From assembly GCA_964016885.1 (NCBI GenBank), contig OZ024743.1:352160001-352224000 (forward strand): a stretch of 64,000 nt of DNA, given 5' to 3'. Under the pieces are notes generated by a model. The model made no database searches. It was not told the origin of the DNA and saw only the letters and a list, made by a program, of their open reading frames with translations. This document shows positions 41,849 to 56,453 of the stretch, piece by piece; position 1 is the first letter of the stretch, and the number at the start of each line of letters is the position of its first letter. Origin of the DNA: Eledone cirrhosa (taxonomy: Eukaryota). Position numbers and translations under genes: made by a program.

Positions 41849-42780
41849 TCCTTTGTCAGTGTTGAACAAACGAGCAACGGTGGTTGCTAGACACTACGGC
41901 TTAATACAGGATGTTTGTTTACAAACACACCGAGCGTTATAATAAATGTGCGGTGACTCCATACGTGCATATAAATATATGTGCATGTATGTATATATAT
42001 ATATACATACTACTGTACGTCTGTATACATATATGTATGTACGTGTACATACTTATATTTAAGTAAAAGCCGTACTAAGAATGGGAAATGAAATTTCGTT
42101 TCATTTTTTCCGTTTATCGTTTTCCCACACTTAGTACGGCTTTTACTTAAATATAAGTATGTACACGTACATACATATATGTATACAGAGGTACAGTAGT
42201 ATGTATATATATATATACATACATGCACACATATATATATGTACGTGTGGATTCACCGAACATTTATTATAATGCTCAGCGTGTTTGTAAACAAAGATCA
42301 CGTATTAAGCCGTAGTGTCTAGTAACCATCGTTGCTCGTTTGTTCAACACTGACAAAGTAACGCTGTACTAGTTTCAAGCTTATTAGCTAACGTCAGCAA
42401 CGTATACCCACCTGCCAGATTGTTGAACGTATATACTTACCTTATGCATATTAACGGCTGAGTAGCCCAATTTGCATATCGAGTGGGTTAATCGGCCGGG
42501 TGCACTGAAAACGATAAACGGAAAAGATGAAACGAAATTTCATTTCCCACTCTTAGTACGGCTGTTACTTAAATATAAGTATGTACAGGTACATACATAT
42601 ATGTATACAGACGTACAGTAGTATGTATATATATATACATACATGCACACATATATATATGCACGTATGGATTTACCGAACATTTATTATAATGCTCGGT
42701 GTGTTTGTAAACAAACATCCCGTATTAAGCCGTAGTGTCTAGCAACCACCGTTGCTCGTTTGTTCAACACTGACAAAGGA

Positions 42781-42823
42781 ACGCTGTACTAGTTTCAAGC
42801 TTGTTAGCTATCGTCAGCAACGT
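42781..42823 (-). ncRNA. Minimal type I hammerhead ribozyme
   Basis: Reverse complement of 41806-41848. Confidence 0.88.
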
Positions 42824-43199
42824 ATACCTTCCTATCAGATTGTTGAACGTATATATTACCGTATGCCTATTAACGGGTGAGTAGCCCAATTTGCATATCG
42901 AGTGGGTTAATCGGCCGGGTGCAACGAAAACGATAAACGGACAAAATGAAACGATATTTCATTTCCCACTCTTAGTACGGCTGTTACTTAAATATAAGAA
43001 CGTACACGTACATACATATATGTATACAGACGTACAGTAGTATGTATATATATATACATACATGCACATATATATATATTCACGTATAGATTCACCGAAC
43101 ATTTATCATAATGCTCGGTGTGTTTGTAAACAAACATCCCGTATTAAGCCGTAGTGTTTAGCAACCACCGATATTCGTTTGTTAAACACTGACAAAGGA

Positions 43200-43242
43200 A
43201 CGCTGTACTAGTTTCAAGCTTGTTAGCTATCGTCAGCAACGT
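43200..43242 (-). ncRNA. Minimal type I hammerhead ribozyme
   Basis: Reverse complement of 41806-41848. Confidence 0.88.
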
Positions 43243-43619
43243 ATACCTTCCTGCCAGATTGTTGAACGTATATATTTACCTTATGTATATTAACGGCTGA
43301 GTAGGCCAATTTGCATATCGAGTGGGTTAATCGGGCGGGTGCACCGAAAACAATAAGCGGAAAAAATGAAACGATATTTCATTTCCCACTCTTAGTACGG
43401 CTGTTACTTAAATATAAGTACGTAAACGTACATACATATATGTATACAGACGTACAGTAGTATGTATGTATATATACATACATGCACACATATATATATG
43501 CACGTATGGATTCACCGAACATTTATTATAATGCTGGGTGTGTTTGTAAACAAACATCCCGTGTTAAGCCGTAGTGTCTAGCAACCACCGTTGCTCGTTT
43601 GTTCAACACTGACAAAGGA

Positions 43620-43662
43620 ACGCTGTACTAGTTTCAAGCTTGTTAGCTATCGTCAGCAACGT
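43620..43662 (-). ncRNA. Minimal type I hammerhead ribozyme
   Basis: Reverse complement of 41806-41848. Confidence 0.88.
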
Positions 43663-44039
43663 ATACCTTCCTGCCAGATTGTTGAACGTATATACTTACC
43701 TTATGCATATTAACGGCTGAGTAGCCCCATTTGCATATCGAGTGGGTTAATCGGCCGGGTGCAGCGAAAACGATAAACGGAAAAAATGAAACGATATTTC
43801 ATTTCCTGCTCTTAGTACGGCTGTTACTTAAATATAAGTATGTACACGTACATACATATATGTATACAGACGTACAGTAGTATGTATATATATATACATA
43901 CATGCACATATATATATATGCACGTATGGATTAACCGAACATTTATCATAATGCTCGGTGTGTTTGTAAACAAACATCCCGTATTAAGCCGTAGTGTCTA
44001 GCAACCACCGTTGCTCGTTTGTTCAACACTGACAAAGGA

Positions 44040-44082
44040 ACGCTGTACTAGTTTCAAGCTTGTTAGCTATCGTCAGCAACGT
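44040..44082 (-). ncRNA. Minimal type I hammerhead ribozyme
   Basis: Reverse complement of 41806-41848. Confidence 0.88.
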
Positions 44083-47000
44083 ATACCTTCCTGCCAGATT
44101 GTTGAACGTATATACATACCTTATGTATATTAACGGCTGAGTAGGCCAATTTGCATATCGAGTGGGTTAATCAGGCGGGTGCACTGAAAACGATAAACGG
44201 AAAAAATGAAACGATATTTCATTTCCCACTCTTAGTACGGCTGCTACGCTATCTGTTCCGTCTCTATATATATCTCTTACTCTTTCGCTTTGCACTCCTC
44301 CCCTTCAATACCATCTCTCCCCCTCTCTATATATTTGTTACTCTATCGCTGCACGCTCCTCTCCTTCAATATATCAATTACACACGCTTTACACTCCTTT
44401 ATCCCCAGCGCCCCTATATATACACCCCCCCTCTCCCGCATCTATATTTTAATGTACCGTTGCACCGTGAATATATGTGTCTATATATATATACATATAT
44501 ATTGTATATACACATTCATGTATGTGTATACACACTCATGTATGTATATACACTGGTTTTATGTGTGTATTGTAAATTTGTACTGTTAAAACACGAAACT
44601 AACATTCGATTGACACTTTGATTACCTGTACAGGCAATAGTTATTAGAATGCTGTTGAAGTGTGTATATATTTTAGGGGGACATCCTGTATATACACACA
44701 TTATATATAATACAATAAACAGATAAATACACACATATATATATGAGCTTATTTAATTATAAATATTGTGAATTTTTAACTCAGTTCAATTATATATATA
44801 AATGGCTTCTACAGGACTAGAACTGTTTCATTCGAAAGAAATCATCATAATATTGAGAGGGGGGACTAGATAAAATATTTCAAATCAAATGTGTATAAGT
44901 TATAAGTTAAAATGTATAAATAGAGACGATAGTGGAGGTATATCTGTTTAGTGGAACAGTAGACGATAGAATTAAATACAGACGAGAATCTCCCTTTAAT
45001 GAAATAGCAGACGATAGAATTAAGGCAATTTAAATTTTAAGCATTTGCATTTTTGCCTTTCATCGTTACGGGGTCGATAAAATAAAGTACCAGTAATACA
45101 CTGTCACTAGACGACTTTCAAATTGAATTGTTGGTTCCATTTCTTTAGTATTTTCAATTGTAGTTATCTACTTAAAAAGCGTTACACGGTTAGAGACATA
45201 ATTCGTAAGTTATATCTTCCCTATTAAACCATTGCATTATTTCGCCTACAATAGAACAAAAATGAAATGTTCTTTAAAGAAACAGGAATATAACTTTATA
45301 AAAAAAAAAGTTGCATCCGCTTCTTTTATCATTGATAATTTTTTCGTTTTAATATTAATTGTTTTTTGTAGTTGTTTATATTAAAAATCTTACTGTAATA
45401 TTTACTTAAACGAAGGCAAACATCTAAACTTATAGATTAATCTTCTGCGAAGGACTAGATAAATCTCTCTCTCTCTCCCTCTCTCCCTCTCTCTCTCTCT
45501 CTATATATATATAAACGAAGAATGATAAAATTTCAAGCAAAGAGTTTAATTAGGTATATTTTGTAATATTATTAACTAATTATTATAATTAACGCGCATA
45601 TTTTGCTATCCTCAAACACGTTTACACATGGCATGAAATATAACTAATCCGAGATGGCTAGGTTTCATCTTCTAACTGGATATACGAAATCCATTATGTC
45701 TTGACAACAACATGAGGTAACATTATGTTATTCACAGACACACTTTGTACACTGTTCCATATCAGAATGTATTTCCTTCGTCACATTCACAAACAGTATT
45801 GAAAATATGTTCTTCGGCAAATAAAAATGTTTTGTTCATAATATTTCAACTAGCGATTGCTCTACTCCACGCACGACCACCATAAATTAATGACCAGCTC
45901 AACACAAGTATTGGTAGAGCGTCAGACACCATGCTTTGCAGTATTGTTATGGTCCTTTGCATTCTAAGTTCAAATCCTGCCGAGGTTAACTTCGACTTTC
46001 ATACTTACTAATTCGATAAAATAAAGTACCAGTAATGGACTGCCGTAATGGATTTGTGCCGAAAAATAGAAACACTATTAATGTGCAATAAAAGCAAAAT
46101 ATAACGACATTGCTCAATTATTTTATCTAATGTTGTAATAACACAAGGAAATGTTGTTTGTGTATTTTTTTTTATATTTGCTCATAGGCTTTTACAATTT
46201 CGCTCAGCCAACAACTATTAAAAAGTGAGTTGCTTAAGATAACAATTTAATCACAAATTGTTGCTATCTTTTAATACACTCCAACAAGTCATCAAATTAT
46301 GTACAATAAAAACAAATCTTATTAATTTGCTCAGGGAATATAAAGAAAATGTATATACACTGATAATTGCAATTGTATGTAAATATTTTGTTTATGTATT
46401 GTATATTTTATGTTTTCTATTATGTATAATATATTGATTTAATATTGATTGTTTTTTGTAGTTGTTTATATTAAAAGTCTGAAAATATTTTTATACATCT
46501 TACACTAATATTTATAAGATAATTTATAATAACAATTACATAATCTAATTACATTACAACGATAATTTATTATTAATATATATCCTGTTTAACTAGAGTT
46601 ATTACAAGCGTTGCCTTAAAAAAATATTAAACTAGACATGAAAAATGCGCAAGCTCAAAAGTGCCACAGAATGTTATAATAAACCTTCAAAAGTGTGGGA
46701 CTAGAGTTGTTGCTAAAAAATATTGTAATCATTATATATCGTACATTCTGTGGCATCCTTTATAAAAATAGCTTAAACCAACGAAGCCTTTATTTTTACG
46801 CTATTTCACTTAGTTAATTCTTAGAGTGTAACATATAAAAATAAATACATCTATGTTTAATGTAATAACAGCTATAAATAATTACGTAATATTATTATCA
46901 TATACTCATAGTAACAAAATAATTGTGTTGAAACTTAATATGATGCTTATATGAACGATCAAATCTATAATGATAATTTCTTAAATATACTAATAGTAAA

Positions 47001-47743
47001 ATAATTTAGTTATCTATTGTTACATTTTCATAGAACTATAATATTAACAATCGTATTGCATTATCAAATTTTTATCACTACAAACTTTCATATTGGAATT
47101 ACCTTAAGCCACTTATTATTACTTCGCTTTCGTACTTTTACAGCTGTAGATATTGCGCTGTATCTTATATCTAATATCAATATCTCGTGGTAATTTGCAT
47201 GAAGTGTAAAATAGGTTTATTAATAACTTTAATATGAAATGTATTATACAGGGCTGCGGAGTCGGCCAAAAATTGACTGGCTCCAACTCAGGATCCGATA
47301 CTCCATTATTTCCTAAATTTCAGCTCCGCATATTAATTAATTTATTTTATAGTTGTAAATCATATTTTTATATGTTACACTCTAAGAATTAACTAAGTGA
47401 AATAGCGTAAAAATAAAGGCTTCGTTGGTTTAAGCTATTTTTATAAAGGATGCCACAGAATGTACGATATATAATGATTACAATATTTTTTAGCAACAAC
47501 TCTAGTCCCACACTTTTGAAGGTTTATTATAACATTCTGTGGCACTTTTGAGCTTGCGCATTTTTCATGTCTAGTATATATATGTGTGTATATATTGACA
47601 GAACTATAGGGACATATTAATTTGTCCATTTTTTCTTTCAGACACATACACATACACAGACACACATTGGACACAACCATCCACAACCATCTGATGGTTG
47701 TGTATGGTTGTGTTTAGAAACATTTTGATGACACCCCCATTAG

Positions 47744-47787
<44 letters not shown>

Positions 47788-49060
47788 ATATCTCCCCCCC
47801 CCTCTCTTGCTGCCATACCAATTCATCGCATCAATAGAAGTTTAGTAAATACATTTTTAATAATACTTTTGCAAGCAAACACGTATACACATCATACCTT
47901 TATAATCAAAAATATATAATAATTATTTAAAATAACATAACAGGGGTCGACGTCCTGTTCAATAGGCCGTCCTCGTCAGAGTATTTCTCATTTAAAAAAA
48001 TATAATTTAATATGTAACTATCAAGCAATGACCATGCTGTGAATTATGTTTCAGAGCCATTCAATTGTCATATTTACAGGTGAGACAGGTTTTCTTTGTC
48101 ACACACACACGCATATATATACACACACACCTTACCACCCGGCCCACACCCCACCTCTTCACCATAGACATTAAATCCCTCTAAACAGTCATTCCCTACG
48201 CCGACAGCCTACGCGCCCTCCGGCACTACCTCGACCTTCGTCCCTCCCCCGTCCCCTCGGCCCCACCTCCTCTGCCTCGTCTTCCTGTCTTCCTCCAGTT
48301 GCAACGTTTTTCGAAATATTTACTCCTGCGTTCACAGATTGATTTTTTTAGTTTCAGATCCCGTTATGGGTGAAAGCAGCGATTCTTTGCTTAAACTTTA
48401 ATCTGTTATTTTAATAAATATTTGCTCTACGGTACTTATATATTTGATATATATTTATCCTTATCGAGCCCTCTTTGGATTTTAGTCTTCAAATTTATTA
48501 TTATTACTATATATATAATATTTCCAAATTGAAGGATGAGTATTTAAAACTTTATTTTATCATGAGTTAAGGCTCTATTGATTTTTCCCTGGATTTCACT
48601 AAATTCTGTTGGATGAATCTATATCCTGATTCTTTTTGAATTGAGTTTGAATTATTTTTCCCGCATCTTACGTTAACTATTTTCCCATTTTGACGCTATA
48701 GTCACTTATATATTATGAAATACTGTGTGCTCCTTGCTCATAATAATTTCTATACTTTTCATTTATATTTATACTCGGATTTCTTTCCTAGAGTGCTTAA
48801 ATTATTTGTGACTAATCCTGATCTTTTTTTAAAAAAACCGCGATAATATTGCTTTTTCTGAACTCCTTATTGTAGAGTTTTTTTCGGAATGTTTGTGACT
48901 GTTATTTCATGTAAACAAACATATGTCTCATTCTGACGTCACCAGCCCTGTCTCCACATGTGCGTTTTATTTTCATAATTACGCATGATGTTGAACTAGC
49001 CTGCTTTTAAATTCCCTTTCTGGCATATTATAATCAGTGAGATTTTGGTTATCGTGTTGA

Positions 49061-49140
49061 GCTCTGCTGATGATCTAATCCAACCGTGACCATCGCCACT
49101 GAAAGTTTCGTGAAATAGTTTTTTCAAGACTATACAGAGC
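49061..49140 (+). ncRNA. Type I hammerhead ribozyme (duplicate of 22186-22265)
   Basis: Same motif; one C->T change in stem III leaves a U-G pair. Confidence 0.72.
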
Positions 49141-49391
49141 ATTTGTAGTTTTTCCAAATTGAAGGATGAATATTTTAAACTTTATTTTATCATGAGTTAA
49201 GGCTCTATTGATTTTTTCCCTGGATTTCACTAAATTCTGTTAGATGAATCTATATCCTGATTCTTTTTGAATTGAGTTTGAATTATTTTTCCCACATCTT
49301 ACGTTAACTATTTTCCCATTTTGACGCTATAGTCACTTATATATTATGAAATACTGTGTGCTTCTTGTTCATAATAATTTCTATACTTTTC

Positions 49392-49465
<74 letters not shown>

Positions 49466-51357
49466 TTTATATCGTGATGACTGTCTTCTTCTTTCCACTA
49501 ATCTTAGCCTATCAGCAATTGAAAAAAATAAAAAACTTATTAGAACTTTCCTCAAAGACTATTACAATCTCACTATTACATTTGAAAACACCAGTAAAAT
49601 AGTCAATTTCCTAGATATAACTTTAGACTTGTCTACGGGAATCTACCAACCTTACCATAAACCTGACCAAAATTTACATTACATACACTCACAATCCAGT
49701 CACCCTAGATCTATCCTTAAAAACCTAGCATATAATATCTCACTCAGAATCTTTAACCTTTCATCTTAAACAAATTAGTCTATATACCTTGCACCAATAA
49801 TACTTCAAACATACAACCCAATATTACCAACAAACACCAAATGAAAAACCCACACCTAAATGCTACTCATACTACACCCAAAAATACCAACCTAAAACTT
49901 AATTTCTCTACCTCTTCTCACATAAAATATAATGACTTTCAAAAAACCATTCATCCTAATAATACTCCAATATATGTTAACAACATTACTAACAAAATTC
50001 CTAATAATCAGACTAAAACACCTAAATCAGTCAATCTAACTAAACCTATATATAATAAATTCACTAATAGTAACTCTCTTAGTAAACATCCTGATACATC
50101 GTATAAATATTTTTAAAAAATATCGAAACCGTAATAGACGGGTTACTTGGTATAATGCTCCATTTAATCTACGAATTAAAGATAATATCCTTAAAAAGTT
50201 TTTTACTATCCTAGAGAAAAACTTCCCGCCAAACCATAAATACCATCAAATTTTAAATAGATCAACTGCCAAATTTTCATACTCCACTACCAAAAATATA
50301 CAACAAAATATAAGTGCGTACAACACATATAAATGTTAAAAAAAATCAAATATACCACTAACACATCAAACCAACCATAATACTAAAATAAACCGCAACA
50401 AACCACCATCTCCTTCACCTGTAACAAGTCGAGTAACTCCCCTGATATAATATTCACGAGTGGTTGTAACTGTAGAATCAAAAGAAATTGCCCATTAAAA
50501 GGAAATTGTCTTATTAATAACATAGTCTATAAATGTAAAATTAGCACTAAGGACTCCACTTATTCATATATAGGAGCTATGTCTAACCAATTTAAAGTAA
50601 CATAGTTTTAAAAATGCTGCATTAGCTAATACAACATCCTTGGCTGAAACAATTAATAATTATAGAAAGAAGAATATCGATTACAACCTGACCTGGAGTG
50701 TGCTCAAAAGGGCCACCCCTTATCAAAATAACAGATACGAGTGTAGACTATGCTCCCAGGAACTTTTTGAAATCATGAACTCTAAGGATATCCTATTAAA
50801 TAAGCGACAGGAATTAATTATATCTTGTAATCATAGAATTAGAAGAACCTTCAAATATTATAAACCTAATTAATATACACCTTACACTTATATTTTAAAT
50901 ATTATTATAATTAGTTTTTTAATTTAGTTAACCTATAATTAGTACTTTACTACAGAGAACTTCATAATTTTATTTCCCTCTTACAGCTCTCTTTTCCGAA
51001 AAATTATTACCTAAAAGTATACCTATAAATTAATTTAATTTGCTGTTATGAATCTAGATTCCTTGTAGTTTATATAAGATTGGTATTTCTCACTACTACC
51101 CCTATCCCTATAACATCAAATTTTCGTGTACCTTTCACTGGCTTGATCTCTTTTCATCCCCAAAGTATTCTTTTCATTCAAAGTATTCTTTTCATTCAAA
51201 ACATAAGTCTGCACTCCTCTACCCCTAAATTAAATTTCTACTACTACTATTCTATCAACTTGACCTCTAACTACTTTTCTATTGGTCAATTCAAAACCTG
51301 TTCCCAAGCAGACCTTTTATATTAAATCTTTGTTGGTTTTTGTTTCAATAAACAAAT

Positions 51358-51495
51358 TTCATCATTTCTGAAGACAGCATATATATGTGAAGGTATGTAT
51401 ATTTCCTCTGATAGTTTGTAATATTTTTACATAGATCTATATGATATACATACCAACACACATATACATCCTAGAAACGATCGTAAAATGATGAA
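51358..51495 (+). ncRNA. Type I hammerhead ribozyme (duplicate of 24479-24616)
   Basis: Same motif. Confidence 0.8.
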
Positions 51496-51635
51496 TTTTT
51501 TAATATAAGGAACTTGTTCTTTGTTTTTATTTCATTGCTTTTATTAATTTATATATATATATATAGTTATGTAATATCCACACATGCACACACGCACATA
51601 TACATACACATACACATATACACACACATACACAT

Positions 51636-51694
<59 letters not shown>

Positions 51695-51990
51695 CATACA
51701 TACACACATACATACACGTACAAATACACATACACACAAATACACAAACGCACACACACACATATATATATATATATGTATGTAATTGCGTGTGTGTGTG
51801 CATGTGTGTTTATTTTTCCTTTCCTTCTTCCTTTTCCAGCCTCACTTTCATATAGATTATATATTTGTTTTTAAAATCTAATGTCAATAAATACACCAGG
51901 ATTTTTTCATTCTGATAATTGAAAGCAAAATTTGTTTGCTTTCAAGAAACCACTGGTAAATGAAATAATTGCCTTATGTTGTTTATTACA

Positions 51991-52070
<80 letters not shown>

Positions 52071-52126
52071 CATACATACACACATACATACACATACAAA
52101 TACACATACACACAAATACACAAACG

Positions 52127-52210
<84 letters not shown>

Positions 52211-52893
52211 TGTAATAAACAACATAAGGCAATTATTTCATTTACCAGTGGTTTCTTGAAAGCAAACAAATTTTGCTTTCAATTATCAGAATGAAAAAAT
52301 CCTGGTGTATTTATTGACATTAGATTTTAAAAACAAATATATAATCTATATGAAAGTGAGGCTGGAAAAGGAAGAAGGAAAGGAAAAATAAACACACATG
52401 CACACACACACGCAATTACATACACACACATATATACATACACATATATATACATATATATATATATATGCATACATACACATATACATACACGTACAAA
52501 TACACATACATATACATATACATACATACACACACACATATATATCAACATATCTATACATAGATACACACAAATACACAAGCACAGACACATGTATATA
52601 TTTCTCTCTAAGGCGGGTAAAATTCCCGAGATCCATGGACGAGTTCTCTTCAGCGGTCTCTGTCCATCATTATCGCTGCCATGTCCTGCGTCTCCACCAG
52701 ACCAGTGTCTGTCCTTAGGGCATCAACATACGTTAACCTTGGTCTTCCTCTTCTAGTGTGTCCATGTAGGGGCATATATATATATATATGTGTAGAAGTT
52801 ATATTTAACTTGTTGGGATACAACAAGCAACAAATTATTGGAGTAAAAATACAATATATTAACAAATGGAAACTATATTTATAAAACCATATT

Positions 52894-52959
52894 TATTTCA
52901 TTATACATATTTCAGGGATATCATATTAACAATATGTTATGCCTTCCTCAGACAAAATA
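52894..52959 (-). ncRNA. Type I hammerhead ribozyme (duplicate of 25681-25746)
   Basis: Same motif; the mutated mirror copy lies at 53113-53178. Confidence 0.78.
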
Positions 52960-53532
52960 CAATATAGACAGTTTTATAGATAAATAGATTTGACATACCG
53001 TTCAACATCGACTTGTATTTGAAAAAGTTGATTTAGCAGATCAACTTTTTCAAATACAAGTCGATGTTGAACGGTATGTCAAATCTATTTATCTATAAAA
53101 CTGTCTATATTGTATTTTGTCTGAGGAAGGCATAACATATTGTTAATATGATATCCCTAAAATATGTATAATGAAATAAATATGGTTTTATAAATATAGT
53201 TTCCATTTATTTAATATCGTAAATATACTCCAAATACTTGTTGAGTGCTTTTATATCAGTTATAAATATTTACTAGTTGTAACCCAACAATTTAAATATA
53301 ACTTTCCATATATATATATATATATATATATGTAGATAAATCTACCAAGAGTTTACGGTAGTGTCCAATCCGTATGAAGAACTCAATGTAATCCGGATAT
53401 CATGGAAAGAAGAGATGCAATGAAAAATCACTTTCGGTGAAAGATAAACGGAATACAGAGTCAAGATAAAATATAAAAAAAATAATGAATAAAACAATGA
53501 AACAGTTCCTTATATTAAACAAAAAAAGTTCA

Positions 53533-53839
53533 TTATTTAACGATCGTTTCTGGGATATATATGTGTTAGAATTGGCATGTATATTTAACAGATCTATGTA
53601 CAAAATTATACAAAATTATACAAACTATCAAAATTAAATATACATACCAACTCATATATATGCCGTCTTCAGAAATAAAATTATAATAATGATTATTTCT
53701 GAAGACGGCATATATATGAGTTGGTATGTATATTTAATTTTGATAGTTTGTATAATTTTGTATAATTTTGTACATAGATCTGTTAAATATACATGCCAAT
53801 TCTAACACATATATATCCCAGAAACGATCGTTAAATAAT
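53533..53839. ncRNA. Back-to-back hammerhead pair at 53533-53678 (-) and 53692-53839 (+), duplicate of 26356-26662
   Basis: Same motifs. Confidence 0.78.
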
Positions 53840-53896
53840 GAACTTTTTTTGTTTAATATAAGGAACTGTTTCATTGTTTTATTCATTATTTTTTAA

Positions 53897-54016
<120 letters not shown>

Positions 54017-54536
54017 CATAATTGTATCTACTTTAGGCACAAGGCCAGCAATTAACCAGTGCATTACAGGTACTTTATTTTATCGACCCCGTAAGGATGA
54101 AAGGCAAAGTCAACCTCGGAGGGATTTGAACTCAGATCGTAAAGGGACGTAACTATGCTGCCAATCCACCGCCCTATATATACATACACATAATCATACA
54201 TATATACACACGTACATACACACATATACATACACACATATATACACGCATACATATGCATACACAAATATAGATATATGTACACACACCTACATACGCA
54301 CACACACAATTAATTATAAGAAAAAATATGATAATAAAAATATCGTCACATAAGAATAAAAATAAATGTAAAAATTATTATAAAGTTGACAGCGATACAG
54401 GCAACAAATAAATGAACAAACACACGTGGTAAGCAATACACACAATTGCACATACACATACATACATAAAAATAAATACATACACACACACAAACATACA
54501 TATGCATATATACATACATACACATATACATACACG

Positions 54537-54573
<37 letters not shown>

Positions 54574-54674
54574 GCACATACATATACACACACACATACA
54601 TATAAATACATACACACACATGTATGTGTTTAAAACTCATTCTTAGATGTATTCATTGAATCTTGTTTAACTCT

Positions 54675-54745
<71 letters not shown>

Positions 54746-55041
54746 GAAACAAAATGAAAACGAAATTTCATTTCTCACTCTTAGTATGGCACTTACTTAA
54801 ATGTAAGTATGCATGTATACGTACATACATATATGTATACAGACGTACAGTAGCATGCACATATATATATATATATACATATATATATACATATGCATAC
54901 AGGTACACATACATATATGCACGTATCAGTTTAGCGGCGCTAACATCGCTTTGTTCGTTTGTAAACAAACTGAACAGCCTGAATTTATGCCATACGGTGT
55001 TAAGGCAACCACGTCACCTTTTTGTTCAACACTGACACAGG

Positions 55042-55086
55042 AACGATGTACTAGTTTCAAGCTTGTTAGCTATCATCAGCACCGTT
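55042..55086 (-). ncRNA. Minimal type I hammerhead ribozyme
   Basis: Minus strand reads AACGGTG-CTGATGA-T AGCT AACA AGCT T-GAAA-CTAG-TA-CATCGTT. Confidence 0.9.
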
Positions 55087-55507
55087 TACCCATCTGCCAG
55101 ATAGTTGAACGTTCGAAAGTATATACTTTCCTTATGAAAATTAACGGCTGAGCAGCCTAATTTGCATATTGAGTGAGTTAAATCGGTCAGGCATACCGAA
55201 AACGATAAATTGAAACAAAATGAAAACGAAATTTCATTTCTCACTCTTAGTATGGCACTTACTTAAATGTAAGTATGCATGTATACGTACATACATATAT
55301 GTATACAGACGTACAGTAGCATGCACATATATATATATATATACATATATATATACATATGCATACAGGTACACATACATATATGCACGTATCAGTTTAG
55401 CGGCGCTAACGTCGCTTTGTTCGTTTGTAAACAAACTGAACAGCCTGAATTTATGCCATACGGTGTTAAGGCAACCACGTCACCTTTTTGTTCAACACTG
55501 ACACAGG

Positions 55508-55552
55508 AACGATGTACTAGTTTCAAGCTTGTTAGCTATCATCAGCACCGTT
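55508..55552 (-). ncRNA. Minimal type I hammerhead ribozyme
   Basis: Identical to 55042-55086. Confidence 0.9.
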
Positions 55553-55973
55553 TACCCATCTGCCAGATAGTTGAACGTTCGAAAGTATATACTTTCCTTA
55601 TGAAAATTAACGGCTGAGCAGCCTAATTTGCATATTGAGTGAGTTAAATCGGTCAGGCATACCGAAAACGATAAATTGAAACAAAATGAAAACGAAATTT
55701 CATTTCTCACTCTTAGTATGGCACTTACTTAAATGTAAGTATGCATGTATACGTACATACATATATGTATACAGACGTACAGTAGCATGCACATATATAT
55801 ATATATATACATATATATATACATATGCATACAGGTACACATACATATATGCACGTATCAGTTTAGCGGCGCTAACGTCGCTTTGTTCGTTTGTAAACAA
55901 ACTGAACAGCCTGAATTTATGCCATACGGTGTTAAGGCAACCACGTCACCTTTTTGTTCAACACTGACACAGG

Positions 55974-56018
55974 AACGATGTACTAGTTTCAAGCTTGTTA
56001 GCTATCATCAGCACCGTT
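55974..56018 (-). ncRNA. Minimal type I hammerhead ribozyme
   Basis: Identical to 55042-55086. Confidence 0.9.
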
Positions 56019-56453
56019 TACCCATCTGCCAGATAGTTGAACGTTCGAAAGTATATACTTTCCTTATGAAAATTAACGGCTGAGCAGCCTAATTTGCATA
56101 TTGAGTGAGTTAAATCGGTCAGGCATACCGAAAACGATAAATTGAAACAAAATGAAAACGAAATTTCATTTCTCACTCTTAGTATGGCACTTACTTAAAT
56201 GTAAGTATGCATGTATACGTACATACATATATGTATACAGACGTACAGTAGCATGCACATATATATATATATATACATTCAGGCTGTTCAGTTTGTTTAC
56301 AAACGAACAAAGCGACGTTAGCGCCGCTAAACTGATACGTGCATATATGTATGTGTACCTGTATGCATATGTATATATATATGTATATATATATATATAT
56401 GTGCATGCTACTGTACGTCTGTATACATATATGTATGTACGTATACATGCATA

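Larger units (their letters stand above)
41765..44248 (-). mobile_element. Retrozyme-like tandem array: five ~420-bp units plus an inverted partial unit (41765-~42124)
   Basis: HHR positions 42361, 42781, 43200, 43620 and 44040 give periods of 420/419/420/420. There is no credible ORF. Confidence 0.88.
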
